Below, piece by piece: positions 1-13,670 of a stretch of 63,768 nt of DNA. The DNA is from Selaginella moellendorffii (lineage: Eukaryota > Plantae > Lycopodiophyta), in contig NW_003314311.1 in assembly GCF_000143415.4 (NCBI RefSeq), positions 62,233 through 126,000 on the forward strand. Direction: 5' to 3'. The position numbers and the translations under genes were made by a program. The notes beneath the pieces were generated by a model, which was not told where the DNA came from, did not search any database, and saw only the letters and a program-made list of their open reading frames with translations. Numbering within the stretch: the stretch's first letter is position 1; every line of letters starts with the position of its first letter.

Positions 1-1000
1 TTTGAAAAGGTACATTGTAGCTGTAAGAGTCAGGGTGCCCTTGGGAAGCTTCACACATCTATTTAGAAGGGAGGGTTAGCTTGTTTGATTCAAACTTTCA
101 TCAATGTTATTAATGTGAGGAGCAAGGGGGCAAGGCATACATTTGGGGAACAAAAAAGTTAGTTCCAATATGGATTGCTAATGGTTTTCAGCAAACCTTG
201 GTAGAAGAATTAGGATTTAACATGAAAAACACAAGTAGGTATGTTAGATGGGAAGATGGTGTTAATATACTATATATAAGACCTTAGAGGGGGAAATAGA
301 AAATAATTAAAGAGATTCCTATGAATCAGGTAGAGCTTTATGCAAAGCTCTCCATGTACTGTAAGAAGCTTTTGGAGAGCAATCTCAAGAGTAAAGTATT
401 CATGGAAAGAGATTGATTGTATCAAATAGTTATTTGTTGCTTTTAAAGTATTCTTAATTGGTTTCTCATGTTATAAACTTTTGGTTGAACTCATCTCAAG
501 GGCCACTTCTAAGACTACTTATTGAGTGCTAGTGTTGAAAGGAGCATTATATCCTTTAGCATTTAGCAAGTGGTTTTTTTTGCTTATGAACAAAGCAATC
601 AATAATAAATGTAGTATGATATTCCTTTCTGATCTGTAGAAAGGTGTTGTTGATATGTAATACAAGTGGAACATGGTTAACAAAGTTGATGACTTAATTC
701 TTCAAGCAATGAAGTTTGGGATGATATTAGTGATATGACTTCCACTAGTTTAGTGAAGCTTAGATTTGTGAAGTATGAAGTCGTGATTGCTTAATTCTAC
801 ACCCATCCTTGCTACTCACTTGAGGCTTATTGTGGCACATATAGGTCTTTTGTTCTGGAGGGCTTGTGCAAGAATAATACACAACCATTAAAAATCCTCT
901 TAGTTAACTAAGGAAAAAATGTGTATGAACATAATACATTGGTTATGATAAAAAGGGCTTTCCATTGTGGATGATGTCATTACATTAGACATAGCAGATG
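1..1000 (+). mobile_element. Highly degenerate AT-rich retroelement remnant, possibly the C-terminal part of a LINE ORF2
   Basis: No long ORF; fragmentary translation near 45-85 (GKLHTSI*KGGL) loosely resembles the W..v..pk..GGLG motif of plant LINE ORF2; TE-rich context. Confidence 0.25.
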
Positions 1001-1489
1001 AACTTGTTAGTAGCTAATTTAATTAGTTTATTTTGTTTTTCTTTCTATTTTATTTGTTATTCTCTTGAATATATGTTAATAAGTAGAATATTCTAGAATA
1101 TTTTAGTTGAAGAGTGTTAAAAGGTTGAGTAAGGGTTTTGTTTTGTAATATGTAAAATTTTGTAGTGGCAAAATTGTAAATTTGGAAATTTAGGACTAAA
1201 TTTTGGTTGGTCATGGAGCTAGCTGAAATATGTTCTTTATTGAGCATTATTTAAGGGTTTTAAAATCTTTGGTAAAGAAAAATTTGAAGAATCTATAGCT
1301 GAAGGTTTGCTATTAAGAGAGAGTTTTTTATATATATAATATTTTAGTGCTAATTTGGTTACTAGTATTCCATAGTTTATATCTCTATTTGATTATAGTA
1401 GCATTCAATTGCAGCATTTAGGAAAATAAATTCAACTTAGTTTAGAAGAGCATGAAAATATTTCTCTATATATTTTGTAGCACATGTGC

Positions 1490-2660
1490 TTTTCACTTTT
1501 TATCATATAGTGATTTACCATAAGATAACCACAAAGCAAAACCTAAACTCTTTAGGTGCCATGTATCACATGACACATGCCACATGCCATGTGTTCAATG
1601 ATAGTAGAGCAAAACTCAAGTTTCAAAGCCTTAAATGAAAGAACAAAGTTAAACTCTTAATTTTGTAACCAAGGGGTTAAGGAACCAAAATATAGAGCAA
1701 CTCAAGAGCGTTATGCCCAAGGAGCAAAGGGATAGGAGCATAGAGTGACATAAGAATAGTCATAGAGCATCTAGTATCCCAATGCCAGGACCAATATGTA
1801 AAATGAAGCCAAATAGAGTCTAGTATTATTTCAGCATACCAGTGGTCTAATGCGAGGATATGGGTACTTTACCAACTAGCATGGTGTGGAACTTGGGCTT
1901 AGACTTAAGCCAAACGCAAAACAAGGATAAGCACGCAAGCCGGAGCTAAACTATACCTTAAATTAGTCAGCCATGCCTGACTTACCTATTATCCATACTA
2001 TATATTTAGAACCCCTCACATCCTAACCCCCCCCCCCCCCCAAAGGAACGCACATTTTGGGCTTTCACCCTTAACCATCAGCAAGAGTTAGAAAAATGAG
2101 TGTTTTCATATTCTAAACTATCACCATGCCCTAATGAGTTGGGACTTGAACCCAAACATTAAAGGGTTGAGACTCAAACTCAACCTCCGTATATGTATCT
2201 ATGGATGGTATCACCCAAAATGCTTAGTATGACTCCCCATGCTGGTGCACTAACTTATACTTAAAGTGCATTACAAATCACTGCTTAAGAACTTAATTCC
2301 TCTACACTACCAAGTCTTCTCATTTGACAAGTTTGTGATTATGCATGGACTCTTCCATGCTTAACCCCATAGGCCACCCTTTTTTGAAGTCAACACCTTC
2401 AACTAGGGTCTTTGTTCCCCCCAACTTGCCAATCTCACTTAACAAGTCACTTGACTAGCGTAGCATGGTTTCATGCATAAGCGTGAAAGTTCTTAACCAT
2501 TGATTTTTGTTCAAAGCCATCTCTTTAAATACTCAGAGATTACTTTCTTAATCTTGATAGCCTTGCCTCATGGCAAACTTCAAAACCATGCTTTTATTGC
2601 GCCACTCTAATTTTGCACATTCTATAAACCATTTACACTTGTCTTTTTATGTACTAATCT
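1490..2660 (+). repeat. Decayed LTR-derived repeat modules
   Basis: 1490-2070 aligns by eye with 53055-53640 and with the reverse complement of ~50850-51410; 2085-2660 aligns with 52465-53040. Confidence 0.8.
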
Positions 2661-2699
2661 ACCTAAAATTGTCTTTCGGAACTTTGAAAGGACTCTGTT

Positions 2700-3460
2700 C
2701 TTTAACTTGTTAAGGCTTCTCCTTTCCCTAGCTTTTTAATTGCTATATGGTCTAACATGGACAATTCCATACTTTAGACTTTCCATGGCATCACAATTGC
2801 TAATAGTAACACGTTTGAGCACCCACTTGATTGTACCATTCCCACCCTTGGTTATGCTATTTGATTCTTATGGTTCAATTTTATCCCTTTATTACTTGTT
2901 TCTTGGCCTTGTGCCTTCTCTTTAGTTATTCTCCTCCCATCTAGAAGGGTAATTTTGCATTTTCTACCATGCCTTAGCAAGTATTATTAAAGATGAATTT
3001 ACTCAATAAATTAGGGAGTGGTTTTTTAATCTGGATATGCTAACTGTGTAATCCAACACATTGGGATTAACATCACTATGCATGAGCCTCTTTATGCCTA
3101 TTGTTAGTCATGCCAAAATCCTTTTTTGGCTTTATCTAATTCAAATAAATGGACTTTTCCCGTATTTGCAACCTTGGACATTATATAACACCTTCTATCC
3201 ATTATTTGCTAGGGACTTAGCCCCTTAGTCCTTATCTAATGCCTTCATGATTTTAAACACCACTCTTTAGTGTTTTAGAGTGTTTTGGTATCCTAATGAT
3301 GACTTTCCTTGACAATAAGCATTTCCCTTTACAATTTTAACTTATTATATCTCATCATAAGTAATTTATCCCTTGGAGAGGTATATTTAACCTCTTTATC
3401 CCAATAAAAAGTTTTAAGTAGTTAACTTCTACCAATCCAATAATTTATTTTATACGTTTT
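2700..3460 (-). mobile_element. Degenerate LINE-like reverse transcriptase remnant
   Basis: Minus strand near 3205-3250 reads roughly EGIR*G..GLSP, resembling the LINE RT GLRQGxPLSP motif; many stops. Confidence 0.3.
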
Positions 3461-3619
3461 GCTTAGTTGCCTCATAGTTGTCAAGTCTTACAATTTATTA
3501 CTAGTGTTTTCACACCTTTATCATCATTTAGGTCACCACACTCTAATCCCATGCTTTCCAACTTAAGCTATGCCATTCCCATTTCCATTAAGATTCCTTT
3601 GGCAAGGGGTTCTCATGGA

Positions 3620-4674
3620 TCTACCAACTTGATCTCAAGACACTATACTTTAGCACATTTGGTGTTTCCACATTATCGGCCCACATGCCTGACCACTAAA
3701 TCCCATTGTCCTTTAGGACTTCCTCACTATATGACTGTATTCTTGGTCACTACACAAGAGGATTGCTCCTCTTCCTTTCCACAGTCCGGGACTTTAGGAC
3801 AACATTTCGGAATACCGTAGCCCTATACAAGCCTCATGGGTACTCTCCCCACCTTTTGCCTTTGGGTGCTCTAGCCATAGGGGTAGAGTGAAGTTCTATT
3901 GAGCCATGCCAGGTATCCAAGTAGATAGTGCCACCCATGCTTGGACTGGGAGCATTGACCCTTCGATCTCCTAGGGGAGCTAGAGCCTGCTCTTGAACAC
4001 TTTGCTAAGTTACCTTGCTTATCTATCTATATTCACTCTAGCTTTAGCTGCCTTAGTGGATATATCATCACCCAACACATGGGTATAGCCTTCTTGAGTC
4101 ACAGTAACCTTTCTTGGCCAAACTGGCTCTACTAAAGTTCAACCCCACACTCTCCCTACTATACTTTTGGAACCCCCTACCCCCCCCCCCCCGAGGGACG
4201 ATCACTTTGGGCTTTCATCCAAAAATCTATATTACTATTTGGACTCGGATTTAGACTCAAATTTGGACTTCAACTTCGACTCAAACTCAAACTCAGTCTC
4301 GGTCTCAGACTTAGACTCAATCTCAATCTTGATCTCGGTTCCATCTTGGACTCGATCTCAGTTCCATCTTGGATTCCATCTCAGGTCTATTTTAGACTCT
4401 ATCTTGAGTCTATCTTGGATTCTATTTTGGGTTCATCTTGACACATCCATATATCATGTATTGGTCCTTTTGTGTCCCTTTTTTAAAGACTCACTTATTG
4501 CTCATTTTGAGTTCATTCCTCGAGCCTTTTGTTGGGAGTTCCACTCCCACTCTCAACTTTTCAAATCAGAGCTTTTAGTCTAAACATGTTACACTCATTT
4601 GGCTTCCACTTCAGCCACTACCACATGGCACTCTTTTGGCTCCACTTTTGGGGCTCTAGGATTTGTGTCTCACA
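3620..4674 (-). mobile_element. Old, CpG-depleted copy of the LTR family found intact at 55586-57357
   Basis: Reverse complement aligns with ~55586-56900, including the terminus (...gtgtctcaca at 4674 vs tgtgagacac at 55586) and a decayed internal tandem array at ~4240-4440. Confidence 0.8.
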
Positions 4675-7600
4675 GAAGATCGATATCCTCATCGGCACAC
4701 TCTAGTTTAAAGCACCCCCAAGGAAATAACTCCAAAAATAATTCATGGTGTTCATACTTTGTGAGAAATACATTAACTTAAATAAGTTAATATAACCTCT
4801 CTATCTAACGCAAATGTGCTACCAACTTAAATACCTTTTGACTATTGCCGACAAGGAAATGATTAATGGAGTTAGCCACCCTTGCTACTTTAAGTGTCAC
4901 CCATCTTACAAAAGATGATATGCCCTACCTACAAGTACATAGAGAGAGAAACTAAAGGCCCCAACCCTCTTGAGCAACTAAACCAAACCCGTCAGTAAGG
5001 TTTAAATAGACTACTATAAAAAAATAGTTAAAGTTGTTTACAAGGGTTATGCCTATTAAAATGTACAAGAAACATTGACAAAGAGGTGGGTGATATGACT
5101 AAAAAACAATAGTTACCCCATATTTAAAGATTTCATCATACATGCAAAGTGCTGAAGCTAATCTACCTATATTGGCCCAAACCCAAAGATCAAAAGATGG
5201 ACAATATCAAAGTCAAAAACAGAAACCAAAATATCAATGAATAAATCTTAGATGAGAATACAAAAGTATTCCAAATAAGTTATCATCTGATAAACTAGTA
5301 TTATAGGAACCACCAAGATTATTAAAGGTTAAACTTTCAAGGTTAAATTTATAAGATTAACCATTAACAAAATTCAATAGCAAGCATACCATCAAGAACA
5401 CTCATTAATAAAACTTAACTATTAAAGATTGCAGATAGTATGTCCAATAACTTATGAAAGACAACTAAAAGAACACAAAATATCATTGAATAGTAAAAAA
5501 AATGCTCGTAAATGTGTCACCTAAAGGAAATAAATTTAATCTATCAGAACCAACTGTAGCAATAATCAACAGAACAGAATAAATGCGGCAAGATAAATAA
5601 ACATTCATTCATGCCAAGTGTCACACTAACTAATAGATTCTAGTCAAGAATACAAAAGAACTCAAGTTTCTTAAACAAATATTAACAATATCCTACTGAT
5701 GTCTCAAACCCAAAAGACCAATTTAAAGCAAATTATAAAGAAGATGTAGTAATGTGAAAAGCCAAAAGCTATTAAAGAAAATAACTAACTATCATGAGTA
5801 TCATCAATTATCCCATTACTAAAAAGATGCATAATCATCATTGAAAAAAAAATTCACCATCCCAAAAGAATGGTAAATCATTCAATATCAACAATAATTA
5901 AGTAAAACTTTTGACAAGGATAATCAACTATCCTAAATAATAGTCAATCATCACAAATGATTGTCATATTTAAATACTAACTTCAACACTAAAGTTAATA
6001 AGCAAAAAGGCCTTCCTTAATAACTTTTAACAAATGGAACAATAAGCATTAAACTTAAAGAATCAAAAGTTTGAAGAAGTTTATAGCCAATAGTCATTTA
6101 ACAATGATCATGAGTCTCACATGAACCAATGTCAATGCTAAAAAAGAAATCATAATAGAACTCATAATATCTTTCTCAACACATTCAATAATCAAATTTT
6201 ATAATGCCAAAACTAATGAAGAGCATATTTGCATTTATCTAAAAACCAAACACAATGAAGTTATACTCAACAAGTGATTACCAAATGATCCTCCGTAAAC
6301 CCATCTTTCATAGCAAGACATAACTCACTTCATAACAAGTACAAAAAGAATCATCAATGATCAATATATCCTCAACTTAAATTTAATAAGGAATCAACAA
6401 TTTTAATATCGATCATTAACACTTCTTCTCATAAAACTAGCATAGTCCACGACTAAATCAATTTTCAAGGAAAAACCAAAACTCAACCCCTACTAAACAA
6501 TTTCGTCTAAAATATAATTAACTCAACTTGCTACTCAACTTGTTTGAATGTCAATATAGTTGCTAACTAGCAAATACACAAATGCTAATAACATAAAGCT
6601 ACAGCCAAAATCATCAACACTATCTACATTGAAACTAATAAAACTTAGTATTAATCTTATGGAGAGACATCTCATTTATTTTAATCTCAATATTAATAAT
6701 GTCAACATCAAAGCATCACTTCAATGCCATCAACACTAAAACAAAACTAGAAAAAGCAAAAGTGAATTACCACTCAAAGCTCTTTAGCAACCAAACTAAT
6801 CAAAGTTGAAAATACTTTATTTAGTATTCAAGATTAATCCTTCAATAATACTCAAATACAAATAACACATAATCAAGAAGTGAATTACCACATCCAAGAC
6901 TCAATATAATCCAACATTATGGATTAAACACAACCAAATGATATCGACAGCAGTAGAGTCAACACATTAACATGGAAAAACAATGTAAACCACGATATGA
7001 TCCTCTATAATACTATTTGGTAAAACAAATTTATCACTACTAAATCATCATCAAGCGAAACAAGTGCCAGTAGTCCTCGACAAAATCTACAAGCTCACTA
7101 GTCGCAAAGCAACTAACAATCACTCTTATCTTTCACAAAACCCAAATACTAAACTCATATTATCAGGTCATATATTTGTCTAACATGAAGGTAATACCCC
7201 AAATATAAAATATAAGAACATGGATAAACATAGATTAAATGACCACTCAAATCTAATTGAACTGCAATAAGCTCACTAATATGTCTAGCTAACAACTCTA
7301 AACATACATTGAAGAGGCTAGTTATATATAATCAACACTCAGTCGAAACTAAAGTGAAGACCATAAGATTTACTTATATTAATACACAACCTCTTTGTAG
7401 ACAAGGGTATTATGGGTATAAACACCTCAATCATAAACAACTAAGTTGAATATCATTATCTTCAACCAAGGTGCAAGGCTACCAAGACTAAATCAAGATC
7501 AATGAAAGCTCACTACTCTCATAGAGACTTGCATATTAAGGTGTAAAGGTAATTAATTATATTCATCTCATATAAATGATTATAGATTATATTCATCTTT

Positions 7601-8149
7601 ATAATAGATATACTTCAGCACGACATGATACATAGTTTCTAATGAAAGATATTCAAGTGATTAGATTGCATAGATCTACTACTTCAATAAAGTAATTTTT
7701 TTAAATTGGTGAAAGTTTTGTAATTCCAGATGATTATAACATTAATGTGAGTAGTAGTAATGGTGGTGGCAATGATAATATTAAAGATGATAATATATTT
7801 GATTATTTCTCAAAATGGTTATATGGAGATGAAGATAACTTGCACATCTAAAATACTTAAACAAGCTGACAAAATAGAAGCACTAACCCCTTCATAAATA
7901 GGTAATAAGTTATTACTATCAACAGATCATTTTGTAAGGTAATTAATTTTTATTTATTATTTAGTATTAAATTTTTCATTATTTGGATGAAGGCTTTTAC
8001 AAATAACATTTTTTCAAATAATTATAAGAAAGCACTAAATACAGTGGACTTACCTAAAAAAGATTGATTCATGCATAAGTGATTGTATGTTATTTCATAA
8101 GAAGAACAAGGACATTCAATTTTGTCAAATTTATAATGCTAACAGGCAA

Positions 8150-8900
8150 CTTGAACTAATCAGAGGAGAGATTAAAGTTGATCTTCATAGATGTTGAAAC
8201 TGGAGTACAATCCTACATCTAAAAATGGTGTAGAACCTTGTTAATGTATCTCTGTTGAGATAGATAAAGAGAGCCATAAACTCTATCTTGCAAAATATGA
8301 AGGCCAAAACAATACTGAATTTCGCCTATATCTTCTATCTCAAATTGAGATGCAATCTCTGATTTAATCTCATCAAGAAAAGACAGATTGTTGGAGACTA
8401 AAATTAAATCATCAACATAAAGAGCAAATATCACGAGCAGGTCACCAAAGTGTTTGAAATAAACATTTTGATCAGCTGCATTTCGAGAGAAACCAATGGA
8501 TAACAGAAAAATTATCCATCTTGGTGAACCAAGCTCAGGGAGATTGCTTTAAACAGTATAGGATCTGATAAGTTTACACATTTCCCTAGCTCTCGGGGAA
8601 ATCCCTCAGGCTGGGAAATAAAAATCTCTTCTTCTAAATCGCCATGGAGGAATGCTTTATGCACATCCATCTGATGGATTTCCTAGTTGTATTGTGCTGC
8701 CAATGCCAACATCACTGTTCAAGCCACTGGGAGTAAGTATTGGTGAAGTTGAGCCCTGCAATCTTTATAAAGATGCATGCAACAAAACAGGCTTTGAAAT
8801 GATTAACTTGATTGTTAGCATTGAGCTTCATATGAAAGAGGCACTAAAATTTGTGATAAAGAAGTCCAATTCTCGCTGGAAGTCTTGGCACAATCAAGAA
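8150..8900 (-). pseudogene. Ty1/Copia reverse transcriptase remnant
   Basis: Minus-strand motifs EIHQMDVHKAFLHGDLEEEIFISQPEGF and IFALYVDDLILVSN...FEIEDIGEIQYCFGL, interrupted by stops and frameshifts. Confidence 0.9.
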
Positions 8901-9228
8901 GGTGAATATACTGCTCACCAAGACCAATCCTGATTGTGGACAAGGCTAACTTATTTCAAATTTATCAATCAGGAAGTTTAGCTGATCCAGCAGCAGGTTC
9001 TGGCTCAGTGCCTGCAACAATAGCATTGCAATTTTCTTGCACAGTGCTGTCGATGTGTGGAATTCTCCCTTGTAAACAGGGATAAGACTCTGCTCCACAA
9101 TGGCACCACTGCTGCTGCTTGCCATGTGACTTGATACCATGATGATATTGCTGAAGAGCATCTGACCAAAACTAACTGCCTAGGAACTGAGCCTTCCTAT
9201 ATGGCATAGAGCCAGTATTAACACTAGA

Positions 9229-10047
9229 GACCAAGGAGTAAATAATGCTCTCTGGTTTAACAGCCTGGTTACTGCAAGCGGAGATGGTAGCGTAACTCTT
9301 TGGGATGTTACACTTGGAGAACCATGCCTCTGGCATTTGCAAAGCCATTCCAGATGTATCAAGACGGTGAGTCTTATCATCTTTCATGTTCTGTCTTCTT
9401 TTGCTTACATATCATCTTCCGCTTCACAGGTTTTAGTATCTTTTGATGATGAGTTCATTTGCACAGGAGGAGATAAAGCTGGCATTTTCACCTGTTCAAT
9501 TTTTGTTTCTTTGCTTGAATTCTGTACTGTATGAAAATGTATCATACTCATCCCAACGAAACTGGCGGTTCACACACCTTACAATTATCAATGTAATATG
9601 GGTTTTACATGACAAGTTTGTTTCCAGGAGAACCAGCAAGCGGTAGAACGAAGTAAGCTCGAATTGTAACCTTCTTGTGTTCTAACTGTGTTTCGTGTAG
9701 CTTCTTCGTGTTGAGAAGTGGTGGTCATTGCGAATCAGGTACTGAAAAGATGAATTTTTCTGTTCTTGTTACGAGTTTAATGTAGAATGCTTGGAACTCA
9801 GGGTTCCAAGCACGGCTGGTGACAGGAAGATGCGCCGCGGGGTCTGCTAGCTCACTTCATCATCGTAAGAGAAATGGCGAGAGGGGGTTATAGAAATCCT
9901 CTTGTTTTTTATACTGCGTAAATCTTGTTCGAATTGAAGCTCTTGTGCTATGCCACTGCGGTTGGAAGCACCAAAAGTCTAGCGATTCTCCTTTTGTTGC
10001 AAGCCACCGTGAACTTTGTGGCAAACTTTCTCCTCTCGGCTGGTTTT
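9229..10047 (+). pseudogene. Degenerate DNA-level duplicate of the WD40 3' exons, spacer and TMEM42-like 5' exons
   Basis: Colinear match to ~16979-17900 (e.g. gaccaaggagtaaat..., ctttgggatgttacact, gcgaatcaggtactgaa) with introns retained and several deletions. Confidence 0.9.
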
Positions 10048-10202
10048 AAGCTCTCGGCTGCTTATCGTCCCTTATCGTCCACTGCAACAAAGACTCGATC
10101 TTCCTGGATCATCATGGCATGGGTAGCAAAGTTATGGTTTGCGGTTGCAGCTCGAGGAGGCTACTGATCTGAAGCCATCGTCTTTCCCATTGGTCATCAC
10201 AG

Positions 10203-11866
10203 ATGAATATGTGTCACGTAGCTATACGTACTTCTTCTTGGGATTCCTCTAAAACTGAGAGCTTGGTTCTTTTTCCACAGCCATCGTGTCGATATTGTTT
10301 CCTTGCACTCTCTCGCCCACTTGCGTTGCTGATGCCACTCTCCTGTTCGATGCAAGCGGCAAGGTTTGCGTCGTCGTTTTCACCTGGCTGTTGCTCCAGC
10401 TCCAGAGCAACAAGCAGCCGCTGGAATGGCTCGACGCATTCGAAGCACAAGCTATAGCAGGTGACCGTGGTGGCGATGGCGGCGCTGGACCCCTGGAAAA
10501 TCTCTTGCTGCTATTCCTGCTGAAGGATGAAAAGTTCTCCCCGGCATCCTTGGACAAGCTCAAACGGATACGTTCCTGCATCGAAAACGCGCCCAGGATA
10601 GAGTGGAAGTCCATGGACCTCACTGTCTCTCTGCGCCAGATGTTGGAGGTAGGATGATTGACACCGTTTTGATTGAAGAGCATTCAACTTTTGTGTGGCA
10701 GGAGGTGATGGCAGCGGGAGAAATCCAATGGGACAACCAGATGCGTGCCCGGCTCGAGCAGTGGATCCAAGGCCACTACAACTTCCACCGCGTGGAGCCG
10801 CTCTTCCAGGAGCATGCAGGCGCGAGCGTGCCGATTGCGCGCCTGACCTATACATGGATGCGGACGAGGAAGGGATGCCGCGACCACGCCGAGCTCAAAT
10901 CCCTGTGCTCGGCAGCGACCACATCCAGGCTACGATGAGCCGGGGAAGCAGCGACGAGTGCCGCCAGCTTTATGTCGCGGCTGCCACCGTCTTTGGCAAT
11001 GACTACGGTAGCCTTTTCGTGGAGATTTGCGCCAACGTGCAGTGGGATCCATGGCTGACCGAGTGCTCTCTAGAAGAATTCGGGGCGATCAAGCAGGCAG
11101 CCTGGGACGGACTCTTCCGGACTGCGAGCTCCGAAAACACTCTTCGAAGGCACCATTTCGACGATGGCAGCCGTAACGAGGCCGTGTGGAGGCCTCGGAT
11201 TTCCGACATGATCCTCTACATAGTTCGTAAGCTCTTCATGATCATGTAAGTGATTCCATAATCCATAACTTACGAGTTTGCTGCTGCAGCTGATCCTCGA
11301 GGACTGCTTGGGCGCCAGCGTTGATTGTGAGAGGTGGAAACGAGACTATGAGTCTATACAGTGCCTTTCTCTTTGCTCAAATCGTGATCCTTTTTGCTTG
11401 GATCGTCATAGGCAAGTCACTGCTGTATACCAAGCGGGGGGGCCAGCGCGTGTCGCGCAGTGAAAAAGGTGTTTTCGTTGCGATTGGCAACTCCACCAGA
11501 GGAATATGTGAGGCCTTTGCGGCGTGGATCCAGTCTCCGAGCACGCAGAGGGACTTGGGAGCGAGCTCGGATGAGATACGCCATGCCATAAGAGAGGCGG
11601 TCGTCTTGGCTGGTGGAGTGGAGAATGACAAGGAGAGGCAGCAACTGTGGGCCAGGATGCAAGAGCTGCTGGGTGTCACTGGCAACAGTTGGATTTGCAT
11701 GCTCGCGCGTGCCTATGTGCAGCATGAACACCACTTTGGTGCTTTCAAAGATGCCGCGGATTATTCCGGCGAAGATCTGCCCACAATTGTCCGCAAGCGT
11801 TCGGGCCCAGAAAGTACACCGAGGATCGATGTTTTCCACGGCCTTGGCAGCGCTTCCAGGAGTTGA
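10203..11866 (+). pseudogene. Orphan coding-like region, frameshifted or lineage-specific
   Basis: GC-rich overlapping ORF segments (10286-10657, 10603-10938, 10695-11249, 11321-11866) with GT-AG intron-like gaps; I could not join them into one frame; no recognisable family. Confidence 0.35.
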
Positions 11867-12025
11867 GTTTTGATTTTGCTAGAGAAGTTTCCTTGGGTTT
11901 GAGATTTCTCGAAATATCATGGAGAGGGGGAAATCTTCAAGTGACACCAAATCAAAAGAAGATTTTAGGGTTTTAGAGTATTACATAATTAGAGTAAATA
12001 TTAATTTATAAACCGCATTAAGTTT

Positions 12026-13666
12026 ATGCTAAACCCTAAAGAACTTATAGGATATATAACTATTATAACCACAAATCCAAAGATCGTGTCATGTCCTAAG
12101 CCCATGCTTCGCCTTGAGCGAGGCGGTCCATTGACGATCACAAAGAGCGGTCACGATTCCAGAGAGCAAGCCATTGCTGCAGCACTACGGTGTTGCGACG
12201 ATCTGGAAGAGGGGAAGGATCTACACGCTTACATTCTCTCGATATCCGATCACACGCCTAATCGCTACCTCCAGAATCACTTGATCGAGATGTATGGGCG
12301 AGTGGATTGCTTGGAGCTTGCGCGGGAGGTCTTCGATGGGCTTCGCAATCCAAATCTCTTCTCGTGGAGCCTCATCGTGTCAGCATATGCCACGAATGGG
12401 CATCTGGACGAGGCGAGGTACCTCTTTGATCGGACGCCCGAGCACAACGTGGTGATTTGGACGGCCATGATCACGGCATATTCCAAGCAAGGCAAGATTC
12501 ACGAGGCAAAGAATCTCTTCGACGCTATGCCCGAGAGGAATCTAGAGTCCTGGAGCGCTCTGCTAACGGCATATACCCAAAACGGGCATCTTAGCTCCGC
12601 GCGTTCTTTATTTGCTATAATGCCAGAGTGGAATGTAGTCTCGTGCACGGCAATGATAGGGGTCTTTACCGGGCTTCTTTCCGTACAGAGCGCCAAGGAC
12701 TTGTTTAACTCTATGATAGAGAAAAATATTGTGACGTGGACTGCCATGCTGTACGCATTTGCCCAGGTGAGGCATATTGACCAAGCGAAGAAACTCTTTG
12801 ATGACATGCCCGAGAGGAATGACGTGGCATGGACTGCCATGCTGGCCGGATATGCCCAAGCCGGGCAAATAGAAGAAGCCAGTGAGCTGTTTAAGCAACT
12901 CCCACGTGGCAACATCGTGGCATCAACGGTCATGATCTTGGCATTTGCCCAAGCCGGGCATATGTGCGAGGCGATTAGAGTCTTTAGCGGGCTTCCAGAG
13001 CTCAATGTGGTCTCTCTAAATGCTATGGTAACGGCATATTCAATTAACGGGTTTTTAAAGGAGGCGGTGTGTGTGTTCGATACCTTTCCCGATAGAGATT
13101 TTTTAAACTGGAACGCGCTACTTACAGCGTTTGCCGCGGCTGGGCATTTGCGCGAGGCTAGGGTTTTGTTCGAGAGAATGGCCAGGCCGGATGCCGTGGC
13201 GTGGAATGCGATGATCGCGGCCTACATCCACAACGGCGATGTCCGCCAGGCGTGGAAGGTCTTGGATCGAGCGCCGGCGCCAGGGATCCTGACGTGGAAT
13301 TCGATGATCACAGGGTTTGCACATCGCGGCCATGGCACCGAGGCTGTGGCGCTCTTCCACGGCTTGTGCGCGCTAGGGTTCTTCCCCGACGAGGTCACAT
13401 TCTTGGGGATTCTCAGCTCGTGCAGCCACACCGGATCCGTGAAGAAATGCCGGGAGATCTTCGCGTGCTTCGCCGGGGATTATGGATTGACGCCATCCGC
13501 GCAGCACTACTCGTGCATTCTCGATGTTCTTGCTCGATCGGGGCAGATTGGAGAAGCGTCGGAGCTCGCCGATAGCATGCCATTCCTTCCAGATAGCATC
13601 GCCTGGACGGCCGTGGTGACAAGATTCCATCGCTCGGGGCGGGAATATGCCGGCTTAGGGTTTTGA
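12026..13666 (+). CDS. Intronless PLS-class pentatricopeptide repeat protein, truncated in the E region with no DYW domain
   Basis: About 13-15 tandem 31-35 aa motifs (NVVIWTAMITAYSKQGKIHEAKNLFDAMPER); C-terminal QHYSCILDVLARSG...MPFLPDSIAWTAVV then breaks off. True start may be the downstream Met of MLRLERGG. Confidence 0.9.
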   Translation: MLNPKELIGYITIITTNPKIVSCPKPMLRLERGGPLTITKSGHDSREQAIAAALRCCDDLEEGKDLHAYILSISDHTPNRYLQNHLIEMYGRVDCLELAREVFDGLRNPNLFSWSLIVSAYATNGHLDEARYLFDRTPEHNVVIWTAMITAYSKQGKIHEAKNLFDAMPERNLESWSALLTAYTQNGHLSSARSLFAIMPEWNVVSCTAMIGVFTGLLSVQSAKDLFNSMIEKNIVTWTAMLYAFAQVRHIDQAKKLFDDMPERNDVAWTAMLAGYAQAGQIEEASELFKQLPRGNIVASTVMILAFAQAGHMCEAIRVFSGLPELNVVSLNAMVTAYSINGFLKEAVCVFDTFPDRDFLNWNALLTAFAAAGHLREARVLFERMARPDAVAWNAMIAAYIHNGDVRQAWKVLDRAPAPGILTWNSMITGFAHRGHGTEAVALFHGLCALGFFPDEVTFLGILSSCSHTGSVKKCREIFACFAGDYGLTPSAQHYSCILDVLARSGQIGEASELADSMPFLPDSIAWTAVVTRFHRSGREYAGLGF

Positions 13667-13670
13667 GGCT

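Noticed and set aside
4700-8100. A-rich, strand-skewed 3.4-kb tract, possibly an ancient LINE
   Set aside because: Only a faint KTFDK-like motif near 5905; too degraded to call.
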